In this document: piece by piece, positions 41,601 through 64,000 of the stretch | How the letters are laid out: each line of letters opens with the position of its first letter | How positions within the stretch are numbered: position 1 is the first letter of the stretch | Made by a program: the position numbers and the translations under genes | Assembly: GCA_963693365.1 (NCBI GenBank) | Contig: CAVNZM010000013.1 | Coordinates: forward strand, 6,314,640 to 6,378,639 | Origin: Amoebidium appalachense | Taxonomy: Eukaryota > Protista > Ichthyosporea | Reading direction: 5' to 3' | Length of the DNA stretch: 64,000 bases | The notes under the pieces: model-generated | The model's database searches: none | What the model was told of the DNA's origin: nothing | Seen by the model: only the letters and a program-made list of their open reading frames with translations

Positions 41601-42099
41601 TAGGGGTTAGCAAACCTACACATGTACCCAACACGAAAACAAAAGTTGCTGGCGCAGAAAGCAGCGGATCATCCCCCGACTAAAGCATCAGGCACCATTA
41701 CCCTCAGCACCAACAGCAAAACATATAGCGTAAAGTGCAGCAGATCATCCCCCGAGTAAGCATCAGGCACTACTGCACCCACGCAGGCCCACACAACGAG
41801 TGCGGGCAGAAAGAAGGAGAGAAAGAACCGAGACAAGGAGGGTAGCTATGGTGGCGAAGAGAGAAGTGGCGCGCCTACAACAGATCATCCCCCGACTAAA
41901 GCGTCAGGCACTGTATGCAGACACACCACAGAAACAAGTTTTCATGGGACAGCCACGACAGATCATCCCCCGACTAAAGCATCAGGCACTGCCGTGTTGC
42001 CCAAGGGACCCTGCCACGAAGCAAGGCAGAAGGAAGAAGGAAAAGGAAGTAAAGGGTAGAGGTGATTACTTGGGTAACATAAAAGGTAGCTAACCCTAC
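41601..42099 (-). ncRNA. Putative intronic structured RNA, unit 2 (diverged paralogue)
   Basis: Donor at 42099 and the same closing stem. Four near-identical cassettes GTGCCTGATGCTTTAGTCGGGGGATGATC; compensatory changes relative to units 1 and 3. Confidence 0.55.
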
Positions 42100-42315
42100 C
42101 TAAGTTATCAGACCTCGGCATGCGCCGTTGATGTTGTAGGTCAGTATAGGCCACACCATACACCATGCAGTTGCCCGAGAACCTCTCTGAAATTGTGCTT
42201 CAAGCACCTGTGGGTTTGTGTGTGTGTGTGTGTTTGTGTTTGTGTTTGTGTGTGTGTGTGTGTGAGTGAGTGTGTGTGTGTTTTCGGCAGGGGAGAGGGG
42301 GGGGGGGGGGGGGTA

Positions 42316-42835
42316 GTAGGGGTTAGCAAACCTACACCTATACCCAAATCATAAACACAAAACAAACGGATGCTGGCGCAGCGGGAGCCCGACAATAGAG
42401 TCAGGCACCACTACACTCTGCACCAACCGAAAAAGATGTGACGTAAAGTGCAGCAGAGATCCTTCGACCAACGGCCAGGCACTACGGCACCCACGTAGAC
42501 CCACACGAGTGCAGGTAGAGGGAAAGAGAAAAGGTACCACGACATGGAGGGTTCAGGTGGCTACTAGGGCATGAAAAGAAAATGCAGGGCGCCGAGACAA
42601 CAGCCTCCCGGACAGCGTCCAGGCACTGTATGCTTGACGCACCACAAAAAGTTTGTCACAACAAAGATCAGAACGACCTCGACTAAAGCGTCAGGCGCTG
42701 CAATGTTGCCCGAGAGACCCTGCCACAGGCAAAAGGCAGAAGGAAGAAGGAAAAGGAAGTAAAGGTACTACGTATACTGGGGGTGGGCGGAAAAACATGC
42801 AACGACTTGGGAGTAGTGTGGTTAGCCAACCCTAC
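42316..42835 (-). ncRNA. Putative intronic structured RNA, unit 3 (close to unit 1)
   Basis: Donor CAG|GTAGGG at 42835. Closing stem GUAGGGUUGGC/GCUAACCCCUAC; the A-to-G change keeps a G-U pair. Confidence 0.55.
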
Positions 42836-43049
42836 CTGAGCGTAGGCCACATCATCTTGGCGGACACTGGAACCTCACGAGCCGCCCCCTCGGCAGAAGA
42901 CATAGTTGTAGGCCCCATTACAGAAGAAGAGGGCTTGGTGGCCGCGGACAGCAGTGGTTGGCAGTTGCACGCGGGTGTTGCACTTCTGTTCTGGTCTGCA
43001 GCACTGCTAGGATTTTAGGAGCCATGAAATGCAATTGAAGGCCGGATAC

Positions 43050-43170
43050 GATTTACGATTGGCTAGTGAGCTTGTTTGCGCAACGTGGAAACCAATCAGC
43101 AAAGGGATGTACGTCATTGGCCACCATAGCGCGCCAAAAGCAACAAACTGAGCAGTGACGTAACCGGTAT
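43050..43170. promoter_or_regulatory. Probable promoter (CCAAT and CRE-like motifs) upstream of the minus-strand structured-intron transcript
   Basis: GATTGG ~43057, CCAATCA ~43092, TACGTCA-TTGG ~43110, TGACGTAA ~43156. CCAAT motifs also precede other genes (36130-36280, 57870-58180). Confidence 0.45.
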
Positions 43171-43417
43171 GAAGATGGCAACAGCAACATGTGTTTTAGA
43201 CGTGCTATAGGTCAGAACGCATCTATTTGATCATTAGGTTGACATGCCTATATAAGTTACTAGCAGTGGGTTATTAGAAAGCTGTGTTTGGACATATATA
43301 TGTTGGGCAAATAGAAGTTGAGATGGAAAGGGAGAGGAGGGCTTTCGAAAGCACCAAACCTTGGTGACAAACGGGGTCACGGTGGTAGCGGCTTTCCCCC
43401 TCCCCTCCCCCTCCCCC

Positions 43418-43448
<31 letters not shown>

Positions 43449-44034
43449 AAGAAAAAACCCTCACCTACCCATCCACCTCTCGAGCCTCCTCCATTCCGTG
43501 AACTGTAGCGTAACGACGACATAGTATTGTGGGAATCGTGCACGTGTACGTGGGTCTCCTTCCACCCCCTTCCCTATCGTGCACCTGTCCAAGCGTGCAC
43601 GCCGGGGAAACCCTTTTGGGCGTGTGTGTGCCATTGCGTGTGTGTGTGCATACGGTAGCTCCGGTCTGCTATGTACTCTGTTCCCTATTTGTTTTGCAAT
43701 ATGGGCAAATGCAAGTTGTCCTTGGTTCCACAAGGTATTTGTTTGTGTGTGCGTGTTGAACATTGGGTTTGCTTTCCTCGCCGCAGCGAGCGCATGCACG
43801 TGTCTGCCTACCACAGTGTCACGTACTCGTGCGTGCAATGTGTGTCTCTCTCTGTGTGTGCGCCGGCCGTTTCAGTGGTGGTGTGTGTGTGTGTGTGTGT
43901 GTCGCGCGCGTGTGTGGGTGTGTGTGAGTGGGCATTGCTTTAGCACGATTGGTTAGGGATTGTGTGCCGGTGTGTGTGTAACTGCGGCAGTGATATTCTT
44001 TGTGTTTGTATGCAGAGAGAGGGGGAGCAAAAGG

Positions 44035-44067
<33 letters not shown>

Positions 44068-44077
44068 AGGGAGAGAG

Positions 44078-44154
<77 letters not shown>

Positions 44155-44327
44155 TGAGGGAGAGGGAGAGAGGGAGGGAGAGGGGGAGGGATAGAGAGAC
44201 AGAGGGGAGGGGAGAGAGAGAGGGAGAGGGGGGGGGGGAGAGAGAGAGAGAGGGGGGGGAGGAGAGAGAGAGAGAAAGGAGAAAGAGAAAGAGAGAGAGA
44301 TTCTGAGAGCGAGCGAGAGAGAGAGAG

Positions 44328-44372
<45 letters not shown>

Positions 44373-44375
44373 AAG

Positions 44376-44457
<82 letters not shown>

Positions 44458-44792
44458 GAGAGGGATAGGGGGAGAGACTCCGAGAGAGGAATAGAGGAAT
44501 CTTTTAGAGAAATCATGAATTGACCTCTACATAGCTCGGAGTCTCCGGAGAGAGTAGAGACTCGAGAGAGAGAGCCTCTAATGAAGCTTGGCTGAGCTCA
44601 CCAGTGAGTCATATTAGGGTAGTAAACAATGTGTTTAGGCTGAGCTTTGGGTACCTGGCGGCTGGCACTACCTGCTTTGGGTAACCTTTTATGGTCATGT
44701 GCGTATTGCTTTGTTCATTGGCTACGCACGCATCCATCGGAATGTCATTCAAAACCGCGTTGGCCACAGTTTACAGTGATAAGAGTCCTGAC

Positions 44793-44822
44793 CACGGCCT
44801 CTAGAGTCTCTAGATGGCCGTG
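44793..44822. mobile_element. 30-bp palindromic mini-element with a 9-bp target-site duplication
   Basis: agtcctgac-CACGGCCTCTAGAGTCTCTAGATGGCCGTG-agtcctgac. Confidence 0.75.
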
Positions 44823-44925
44823 AGTCCTGACTGAGGCTTGCACACAGCAGCACACACCCGACTCACCCAAGTGTCGCGTGCACACACTTGCACCATCGTT
44901 AGTGCAGTGCATGCTCGAGCAGAAA

Positions 44926-51301
<6,376 letters not shown>

Positions 51302-51673
51302 CGGGAGAGGGGGTGTTGGGTGATTGTGGAATGTGCTGCACACGTGGGGAGAGATGGCAGATTGTGAAAATGTCGATGGCATATCATCCCAATTCCGATT
51401 AGCTACCTTATTACGCCTAAGCACTTAACTATGATAAAGTACCTCTGGGTGGTGTATAACCTCGATTGACCATCTAATGATATAGTCCAGATCACTCACA
51501 CTAGTGAATTGCCCGATTAGCCGCCCAATAACGATTAAGAAAAAATTAACCATCCAAGTGACGGTCTTGGATTTCACTGAATATGCAGAGCATTTGTAGC
51601 AAATGTTCGTTAGTTCTTGTCCTTTTTTTTTTTTTTTTTTTTTTGTTCCACCTTAGGCTTTTTGTCATGCTTG

Positions 51674-51739
<66 letters not shown>

Positions 51740-52266
51740 TGACGAATAGGGGTGAAATCAGAGCGTTTTTTTCTGGACAAGCTGTAATCTTTAAAGCGGT
51801 GCTGGCATGCCGTGGAAAGATAAAAACAAAACAAAAAACCAAAAAAACCTGCAGTGAATGCAATAATGATTTGGCAGCAAGCATTTTATTCAAGTTCCCG
51901 TCGTCTATTCTCGCCACCTTTACCTTCGTATTGTTTTCTTTGAGGCGCCTTTAGAAATTTTCGTTTCATTTTTTCTCCTTTGTTTCCTTTTCGAATTCCG
52001 GCGCCTCACTGGCGTGACTCCTACCTACAGCTCTTACCGTAAACCTCACCCACCCACACCGGCACCCCCCCCCCCCCCCCCCCCCCCCCCGCCCGCCGCA
52101 CCCACCTCCAGCGGGCCACCATGACCACCCACCCACCCAAGAAATTCCGCTACCCCCGGTACCGGCGGGCCATTGCCCATCCGATCGGCAGCAGGTGGTG
52201 GAGGGTTGGATGGGGTGGGTGTATGTGTGTCTTGAGGGGTTTGGGGGGGCATGTGTGTGAGTGTGT

Positions 52267-52312
<46 letters not shown>

Positions 52313-52774
52313 AGTTTATCACAGGTGTTCAAAACCTGAATCGGTTATGCAAACCTTTGGGTCACGTCTTGACTCAGTCTGCAATTATTTATGGTTTTTG
52401 GGAAAATTTTATCAGCAATGTCAGCGGGACAGATCATGCGGCGCATGCACGTGTACCAATGATCATGAAAAGAAAATTGACGTCCTTAGTGCACACGAGG
52501 CCAAATATCGGCATTGTTGACATCCCTAACCCTTTATTTTTATATCTGACGGTCTTTAGGCAACACCACCTCTAACTGCACAGGAGCGGTACCCACAGAG
52601 CTTTAGGCACGGCCCAATCCATTCACCCGTCACATGGAACATACGTTCTATACAGCTGCCCATTTCACTCGCGCAGGAGATCTGGGCACACACCATACTA
52701 ATGCTATGAGGATCATAGTAGCTAACTCACAGTGTCTATGCATATGCTGTCCGTGTAAATGTGGACTCTGCACT

Positions 52775-52823
<49 letters not shown>

Positions 52824-53173
52824 ATGTGTGTGCGCGCGCGTGCGTGCGCGTGCATACATGCTGGGGTGGGCATGTTTGTGAATATGAGTCAGTCAGCGTA
52901 GCGTGTGTGTGTGCGTGAGTGTGAGTGGGTGTGTGAGTGGGTGTGCGTGTGTGTGCGCTTGTGTGTGTGTGTGGTGTGTGTGTGAAATATACTATGATAA
53001 ACCTACAGGGAACTGCAGCACCGACATGTGCAAACCCCAGGGAATGGAACGTCAAACCCAGAACTGCAAAAGTGAAAAAATACAGCAGGCAAGCAAGAAT
53101 GAAAAGAAGAAAGGCACATAAGTGGAAGAATTGGAATGGGTACTGCATATAGGCAGCCTATATGATGCAGGTA

Positions 53174-53272
<99 letters not shown>

Positions 53273-53535
53273 TCTGTTCGTGTGTGTATGTGAGTGTGTG
53301 TGTGTGTGTGTGTATGTGCCTGCGCGTGTCATGTCCTGGTGATACGAAATATTTGTTTACACCACCATCCTCCTTTTCTTGTGTAGTGCCAAAAGCTGAA
53401 GATTTAACATGTTATAATAAGAGTACAAAATCAATTTATAGGGCCATTTCTAACATTGTGGAGGCCCTGGGGCCATAGGTAATAAAAAGAAACATGAGCA
53501 AATATGATTGTTTTTTCATCGCGGCGAGGGGGTTA

Positions 53536-53658
53536 TTATGGAACCTCGACTTGCAAAACATAATCTCTCCCTCCGTTGTTGTCCCAAAACTCTCGTCCAC
53601 CCGTGCGATATCTCACACAGAATTTCATGCAGTACTGGCCCGGGTGTGTGATGTCCAC

Positions 53659-53740
<82 letters not shown>

Positions 53741-54238
53741 TGTGTGTGCGCGCGCGTGCGTGTGTGTGTATGTGTTATGTGTGCGTGCGTGGCGGCATAT
53801 ATGGTAATGTGGGAGACAAGGCATACTGCTTCAGCATCCAAGTACCTTTTGCACTTTCGGCCAGACAGCCACACCCTAATCATGCACAAGCTAAAAACCA
53901 ACACTCACTGCATCTTTGGCAAAAAGCGGGAAAAACGAAATGGAGGAGGGGGGGAAGAGGGAGAGAGAGAGAGGGGGGGGGGGGGGGGGAAGAGCGAGAG
54001 AGAGAGAGAGGGGGGGGGGGGGGGGCATAGAAGGAATTATTCACGTTGCATTTGCAAGACCAACAGAGGCGAAAAGTCAGGCATATATATCATTAGGGGG
54101 GCGGCGGAGGAGGGGGGTGGGGGGGGTTGTTTTGTCATCGTGAGCGCGAGAGAGACAAGGAGAAGAGAGGGGGGGGGGGGGGGGGGAGGGGGGGGGGGGG
54201 GGGGGGGGGGGTTGGAGAGGGTGATAGACAGAGAGAGC

Positions 54239-54322
<84 letters not shown>

Positions 54323-54368
54323 TGTGTGTGAGTGAGTGAGAGAGGGAGAGAGAGAGAGAGTAAGAGAA

Positions 54369-54406
<38 letters not shown>

Positions 54407-54694
54407 CCATGGGCTGGGTGGGGAGGGGGGGATAGGGGTGTATGCATTAGGGTTGGTGGTTGGGTGGGTGAGAAGGGGGGTCGGGGGGGGGGGGGGGGGG
54501 GGGAGGGGGGGGGGTCTGCAAAGGCAACGGGGCCAAAAAAAAAAAAAAAAAAAAAAGAGGAAAAACAAAAAACAAACAAGCAAAAAGAAAAACAAACCAA
54601 AAAGAAAAAAAGAGCAGTAGCAGAGAAAAAAACACAGAGCAAAATAAAACCTCAACATAACCAGAAGCGTGCAAGCTAGAGACACGCACACACA

Positions 54695-54752
<58 letters not shown>

Positions 54753-54924
54753 GTGCTTGTGTCCACCGCCCTTCTACTCTGTTGAGCCGTCCGGAAACAC
54801 GAATCATTAAAACACCATAAATCTCAAAATACAAGCCCCCCCCCCCCCCCCCCCCCACCACCACAAAGGAAACAAACGAAGGAAAAAATAGCCCGAGGCA
54901 ACACCCTGAAACATAAAATCATCC

Positions 54925-54955
<31 letters not shown>

Positions 54956-55239
54956 ACACACAAGCAAACAAGCAAACAACAAAAACAAACATGAATAGTC
55001 ATGAAAAGATCTATAAACACTCACCTTTGATCAAGAACCTGAAGCAATCTATCCCATTGATATTTCTGAAATACGTCGCGTTGACATCGTTCACCGTAGC
55101 CCACTCGTTTGTGGTGTACCTCACCGCCACCTCCTTTTCGAAACTAATGTTCCGTACAAGAACATTTCCAGTGATGAAACTACCACGGAATGCAAGGGAC
55201 ACTAGCGCAACATCGGCACCAAGTTGGATGGTGTTGGGT

Positions 55240-55310
<71 letters not shown>

Positions 55311-55479
55311 GGGGGTGGTGGTGGCGGTGGTTGGGGGGGCGGAGTGGGGGGAGGGTTGGGGAGTGTGAGTGTGTGTGTGAGTGTGAGTGAGTGAGTGAGT
55401 GAGTGAATGAGTGTGTGTGTGAGTGTGAGTGTGAGTGAGTGAGTGAGTGAGTGAGTGAGTGTGTGTGTGTGAGTGAGTG

Positions 55480-55513
<34 letters not shown>

Positions 55514-55619
55514 TAGGGGGGAGGGGAGGGGCGGGAGCAGCAGGACGGAGGGGGGAGGGAGGTTGTTTGTGTTAGTCTTTTTCTTCTTTGTGTGTGTGTG
55601 TGTGTGTGTGTGTGAGTGA

Positions 55620-55671
<52 letters not shown>

Positions 55672-56101
55672 CTGTGTGTGTATGTGTGTTTGTAAGGTTT
55701 GTGTGCGTGTACATGCGTGTGAGTGTGTGCAGGTGCGCGTGTATGTACTTGTGTATGTGTCTGTGTGTGTATTTGGGCAATGGAATGTGTGTGCATGCTT
55801 AAGTGTGTGGGTGTGTTTGTGCATACGTGCATACGTGCATCGGTGTGCGTGTGTGTGTATGTGCGTGTAGGGGTGCGGGCACGCACTTGTGAGTCGAGAA
55901 TCACAGGAAAGAATGTGTTTGCATGCCAGGTTGTATGTGATGCAAGTTTGACGCTCTAGTGTTTGTGTTTTCGTCTTGTGTGTGCATAGGCGTACACATA
56001 GGCGGCATATTGGTGTCCGTGTGTCAGTGTGTGTGGGTGTGTGTGCGTGTGGGTATGTGCACACATGCATGTTCGTGTTCTGCATGCCTCTCTTTCTCTC
56101 A

Positions 56102-56144
<43 letters not shown>

Positions 56145-56781
56145 TGTGCTTGCTCTCATTTTTGCCTCCAGGAACGGACGGATGGGATTTGGAATGTCCA
56201 GTATGTGTGTGCTTCCCCCCCCCCCCCCCCCCCCCCCCTTCCCCCCCGGGGGCTCTCACGCTCTCGCTCAGTGTGGGGTGTGTGCGCAAGGGTGCTTGAG
56301 CAGGGCAGGGTGTGTGAGAGCCTGAAAAGAGGAACATACGGGTTCTATATGCACATATGACTCAAGAGAGAATGTCTGTGTGTGCTTGGTACAGGAATAG
56401 TGGCATAGTGCCCGTGTTTAGGACATAGGGATTTTGCAGAAAAAGAAGGCATTTAAGGAGAATGGATAAAGCCTTTCTTCTTTTTCTCTCTCTCTCTCTC
56501 TCTCTCTCCCCCCCCCCCCCCCCCCCCCCCCCGCCCTTTTTTTTTTTTTTTTTTGAGACGGGGAGGGGGGAGTGGGGGAGTGGGGGAGTGGGGACGGTGG
56601 ACAGGGGAAGTGCAACGGGAAAAAAAGGCCATGGGGGTGAAAACTTTTACATGCATGCATGTGTGACTGTAGTGTGTACGTTATGGAATCCCGGGTGGCA
56701 AAGGTGAGTGCAGATGGTGAGTGCAGAGAATGTGAGGGTGGGGTTTGCATATGCATAATGGAGGACGGAACAGTGCAAAAG

Positions 56782-56858
<77 letters not shown>

Positions 56859-57374
56859 TATGTGTGTGTGTGTTGTGTGCACTTGTGTGTGCGTGTTTAC
56901 GCAATGCCTGTGCTGTCATGTTAGTGTACGTGGTTCCTTAAATTCCATGATGAAGTTGTCTTTAAAGATCCGGGTGTGTCTTGTGTGTGAGAGCTTTTGT
57001 TGTGTGCATGTGTGCGCGCACGTGCTCGATTTTTGTGTGTAATATTCCTGTGTTTGTGTCGTATTTGTGAGAGTGAATTTTTTTGCAAGGGTTTGAGGGT
57101 TAAAGGGGGCGGAGGGGGAGAGCAACGTGGTTGCATACAGTACCTGTGTCGGTCTTGCAAAATTTGCAGGTGTAAACTTGTAAGTTGACGCCTGCGCCGG
57201 GGGGTTAACCTTGTTTGCATTTGTTTTAATGTTTCCTTGGTTGTCGAGCAAATCCAGAAGATTGTCTACACTTGGACCCCTCTGCACATAGGAGTGGAAT
57301 TCCACGTCATCTTTGAACCGAACACTCTTTTTTCTTTCAAGGGGTGGGGCTCCTGAATCCACTTGGTCTGACAT
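53536..57374 (-). CDS. Protein phosphatase 1 glycogen-targeting subunit (PPP1R3/Gac1-like): RVxF motif plus CBM21, 189 aa, 3 exons
   Basis: Exons 57374-57144, 55241-55025, 53657-53536, phase-consistent. KKSVRF PP1-docking motif; CBM21 signatures GNVLVRNISFEKEVAVRYTTNEW and FCVRYRTGGREFWDNNGGRDY. Confidence 0.9.
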
Positions 57375-59056
57375 GATTGTTCTCTTTTCCTCTCTCAGGG
57401 CAAATTCAGCCCAAAACGCTGAAACGAAAAAAAGAGAAAGAGAAAAGGAAAGCGAGACACTTCACACTAAACTGAATTAGCACTTTTAAGCTATTCCACA
57501 AAAGCAGTGGATGCGTGAAAGGCACGAGTAGCCAAAAACCTTTCTAATTCATGAAATGAATGGATCACGGATCCTTAGCCACAGGTGAGCATTGCTTACG
57601 CTCGTTCAGGTTTCCAGCACATTTCCGGGGAAAGATACACAACTTCTGAACCAAACAAATAATAGGCGTATTTTATAGAGGAAGGTACAAAGATCTCGAG
57701 GCTCGAAAAACATTTGCTACGTGAAAAAAAAATAAACAAAAGGAACAGAAACCGTCTCTTTCTGAATGTCACCCAAGTGGAGTCCACATATTGATGAGAC
57801 TTTTTTGGACCCCTAGAGTTGTTATGGAACTTTTAGCTACCATATATGGTTAGAGCAGATCCCATGAACCAATCAGATAAACGAAGAGTGTTATCGATCC
57901 TAATCTCCCTGGAGCAGATTGCGTAATTATATGTGCCGGATATCTATAAGTATCTTTAGCCATTTAATATTTGTTACTTTGAGACTTGCCAAGGGGTGCC
58001 AAATTGATTCGAGGTTCCTTAAGCACCATCCGTTGTCGTAAAAAAGCTATAAATTATTGCAATTTTCATTTTACAATACTTTGAAATCGGTATTTTGCTT
58101 AAAACGGTCAGTAGATGCCGAACAATATATCCAACAACATAACCAAGTGCAAATTGGAATATCCAATCCGAATCTGATTGCGTGCAAACGCACTCCTGTC
58201 ACACGGCAACGGTTGCAACTGCGCGCTCGAGCTGTGGGGTTCTCTCGGCGCCCTCAAGTTTCCACCCTTTTTCATCTTTGTCATGATCCATAGATCTCCT
58301 CACCTAGACTAAAGTATTTTCACCTGTTCTTGCGCAGCATTTTATAGCAGGGAGACAGTTTTTCTTATAACCCCCCTCGCTTTTGGGCTCTTTCGGGGAA
58401 TGCTTTTCCAGTCACCCATCTTCAATCACGACGCATTCGCTGCCTTTTCCCATCCCCCCGCACCCAGCCTGTCACCAATACTACTACTTGCAATTTCGAG
58501 CATCACAGCAGGTATAAGTTCTAAATTTCCGCGAAAAATCCTTTACATATGTGTAGTTGCACAAGGTGTGATTCGCAAACCACTGTAAGCAGGGGCTAGC
58601 GGTGGCCATAGTTTCGAACAGCGTACTGTGTGCATCCAAGTTTTATGTATTACAGTCAAAAGAGTCCCGCCATTTTTCACAACACCAGTCACACGCACGT
58701 TTCTTGACGTTGATACGGTGGCTTCCTGTGACAAACTACACTGCAGCAAGGCTCGCAAGTTTGGTAGTAGGATTTTTTCAGACAGTTCAAACAGACCAAT
58801 ACATCTTGTTGACTTGAACATCATACGCTCGATGGACAAGGTGCCCTCATAGTGGTAAGCCCCTCTCCCCCCCCCCTCCCCCCTCCCCCCCCCCACTTCC
58901 CCCCCAGCCCCCCCCTTCTCCTCCCCTCTTTCATACCCCCACACCTTGTAGCTCCAGCCTTCCTCCTCTCTTCTTCACTGTCCACATATGCCCCTGATGC
59001 CTTTATGTTTTGGTTCCTGCCCCCCCCCCCCCCCCCCCCCCCCCTCCTCCCCCTCC

Positions 59057-59092
<36 letters not shown>

Positions 59093-59339
59093 CCTTTTGA
59101 ACACAACTAGCTACCACAGCCGTTATACCCCACCTGCCTTTTAACATCCACAGTGCTGTTACCTTTTATGACATTCATATACTTACTGGCAGCGGAGGAA
59201 GATGTGTCTATGTCGGTGGGCGGGTGGGTGGCGGTGGAGTGAGAGGGGGGGGGGGATCTGGCGACAGGGCAGTTTGCGAAGTGGGAAAGGAAAGAGGGCA
59301 GGAGAGAGGGTGGGAGAGGGTGGGAGGGAGGGGGGAGAG

Positions 59340-59418
<79 letters not shown>

Positions 59419-59808
59419 GGGGGGGGGGGGGGGAGGGAGAGGGGGGGGGAGGAGAGAGAGAGAGGGGGGGGGGGGAGGGGGGGAGGGGAGAGAGAGAGAG
59501 AGAAGAGAACATTGTGCTTATTTATTTATTTCATTTCATTTTATTGTGTTTTTTTTTCATTTTATTCTATTTTATTTTATTTTATTTTTTGGGGGGGGGA
59601 GAAGGGAGGCACATACACACAATCAAACACACACACACACACACACTGCATTTGTTCCAATGTTATTCTTTGCGATTTTGTACTTCATATTGAATACCGA
59701 ATACAGAACACCCCCCCCCCCCCCCCCCCCGACCCTCCGTGACGCACACACACACAGTGGCTCTCTACCACATCCACTCTGACCCCCCCCCCCCCCCCCC
59801 CCCCCCCC

Positions 59809-60299
59809 GCCCTAGTAAGCGTGTTACTACCCTGCGGCGTGGGTCAAATCTCATATTTTCCCCTCTGATTGCGAATTCTGCGGCCTTCGGGACTTAATTT
59901 TTTTCAGCTGGTGTAGTATGTTAGCCAGGGAAGTATCGACTTAGGTATCGACGGGGGAGCTTCCTAGAAGCCCCGTCTCCTGAGTTCCTATCTATATTTT
60001 TCTTGCTTCTGCTTACTGCTGCAACTTTAACCCCCGGCCTTTCCCACTGCCCTTGCCTGCATAAGCAACCCTGCTCGTCTCTGATCAAGACGGGTGACCT
60101 ACCCATGTTCAAGTGAAACAGTATCTGAGTTGGGTTTCGTTAACGAGGGGAATAGGTCGAAACTCGGGTACTGTGGATGACGTGGGCCCCCCCTGAGGAT
60201 GGGCTCTGCTTATTATGCATACTCTTTATGTATGGCTTGCATTCTGCATCGTGTTATCCGTTTGTTCTTGTGTACTTCGTACTTTTTGACGCATTCAAA
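59809..60299 (+). mobile_element. SINE-like retroposon, family A, longest copy, with a possible degenerate tRNA-like head
   Basis: Flanked by poly-C on both sides. Head GCCCTAGTAAGCG..GGCGTGGGTCAAATCTCA resembles A/B boxes. Body is near-identical to 2264-2624 and ends GCATTCAAA(C)n. Confidence 0.7.
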
Positions 60300-60315
60300 C
60301 CCCCCCCCCCCCCCC

Positions 60316-60347
<32 letters not shown>

Positions 60348-60704
60348 AACCCAAGGAATAGGCTCTACTTACAGAGCATGCACTTTGTTTGTGCTTTTTG
60401 TGCAACTTCTGCACTTGTATTGTCCACATTGGATATGTGTTCCGCACTAGGCAACACTCCCCCCCCCCCCCCCCCCCCCCCTCCCTTCCCCCGGGTACTT
60501 GCTTATGTATAGAAGACAATAGCGGTGTAACCTAACCTTTCCCAATATATTATTCTGATTGGCCCCCATCACACAATATGATTCTATACAGATCCCCCTC
60601 CCCCCGCCCCGGCCTTCTGCTCCATCCCCATCTGCCCCCATGCCCCGTTCCACATGAATTCATTGTTATACTTTTAACTCTTTTTTAAAGTTTTAGTTGG
60701 TGGA

Positions 60705-63985
<3,281 letters not shown>

Positions 63986-64000
63986 GTAAACCCCCCCCCC

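Noticed and set aside
41741-41780. SECIS element or C/D box in the cassette (CUGA..AUGAU on the minus strand)
   Set aside because: The helix is too short with no apical AA for SECIS; CUGA becomes CUGG and AUGAU is lost in units 1 and 3.
41667-41989. CRISPR-like array (29-bp repeat x4)
   Set aside because: Eukaryotic context, no cas genes, irregular spacer lengths, and the spacers are homologous to the neighbouring units.
44630-44740. U4-like or vault-like small RNA (AGCTTTG.., CGTAGCCAATGA on the minus strand)
   Set aside because: Matches are short and on opposite strands; AGCCAATGA is better explained as a CCAAT box; no Sm site or closing stem.
51546-52322. Lys/Arg-rich minus-strand ORF fragments
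   Set aside because: Interrupted by stops with no consistent splice path; likely 3'UTR or intergenic sequence between convergent genes.

Overview
Eukaryotic, intron-rich genomic DNA. The gene content suggests a unicellular holozoan or other opisthokont (inference only). Introns are full of poly-C/poly-G, (CA)n and (GA)n tracts, so almost every ORF in the track is a simple-repeat artefact. Manual splicing with phase checks recovers seven protein genes: a mitochondrial ATP synthase F6-like subunit (+), a long glycogenin (-), a secreted GH114-like/DUF4832-like fusion (-), a secreted class-3 lipase (-), an isoaspartyl peptidase/L-asparaginase (+), an RVxF+CBM21 PP1 glycogen-targeting subunit (-), and a membrane protein running off the window (+). 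There is also a U2 snRNA gene. The most unusual element is at 40.8-43.0 kb: an apparently non-coding minus-strand host transcript. Each of its three homologous introns begins, exactly at the 5' splice site, with a ~500-nt structured RNA closed by a terminal stem and carrying four hairpin cassettes with a shared UGCCUGR motif. Also notable are a structured SINE-like family that sits in poly-C tracts and 30-38 bp palindromic mini-elements, two of them with perfect 9-bp target-site duplications.
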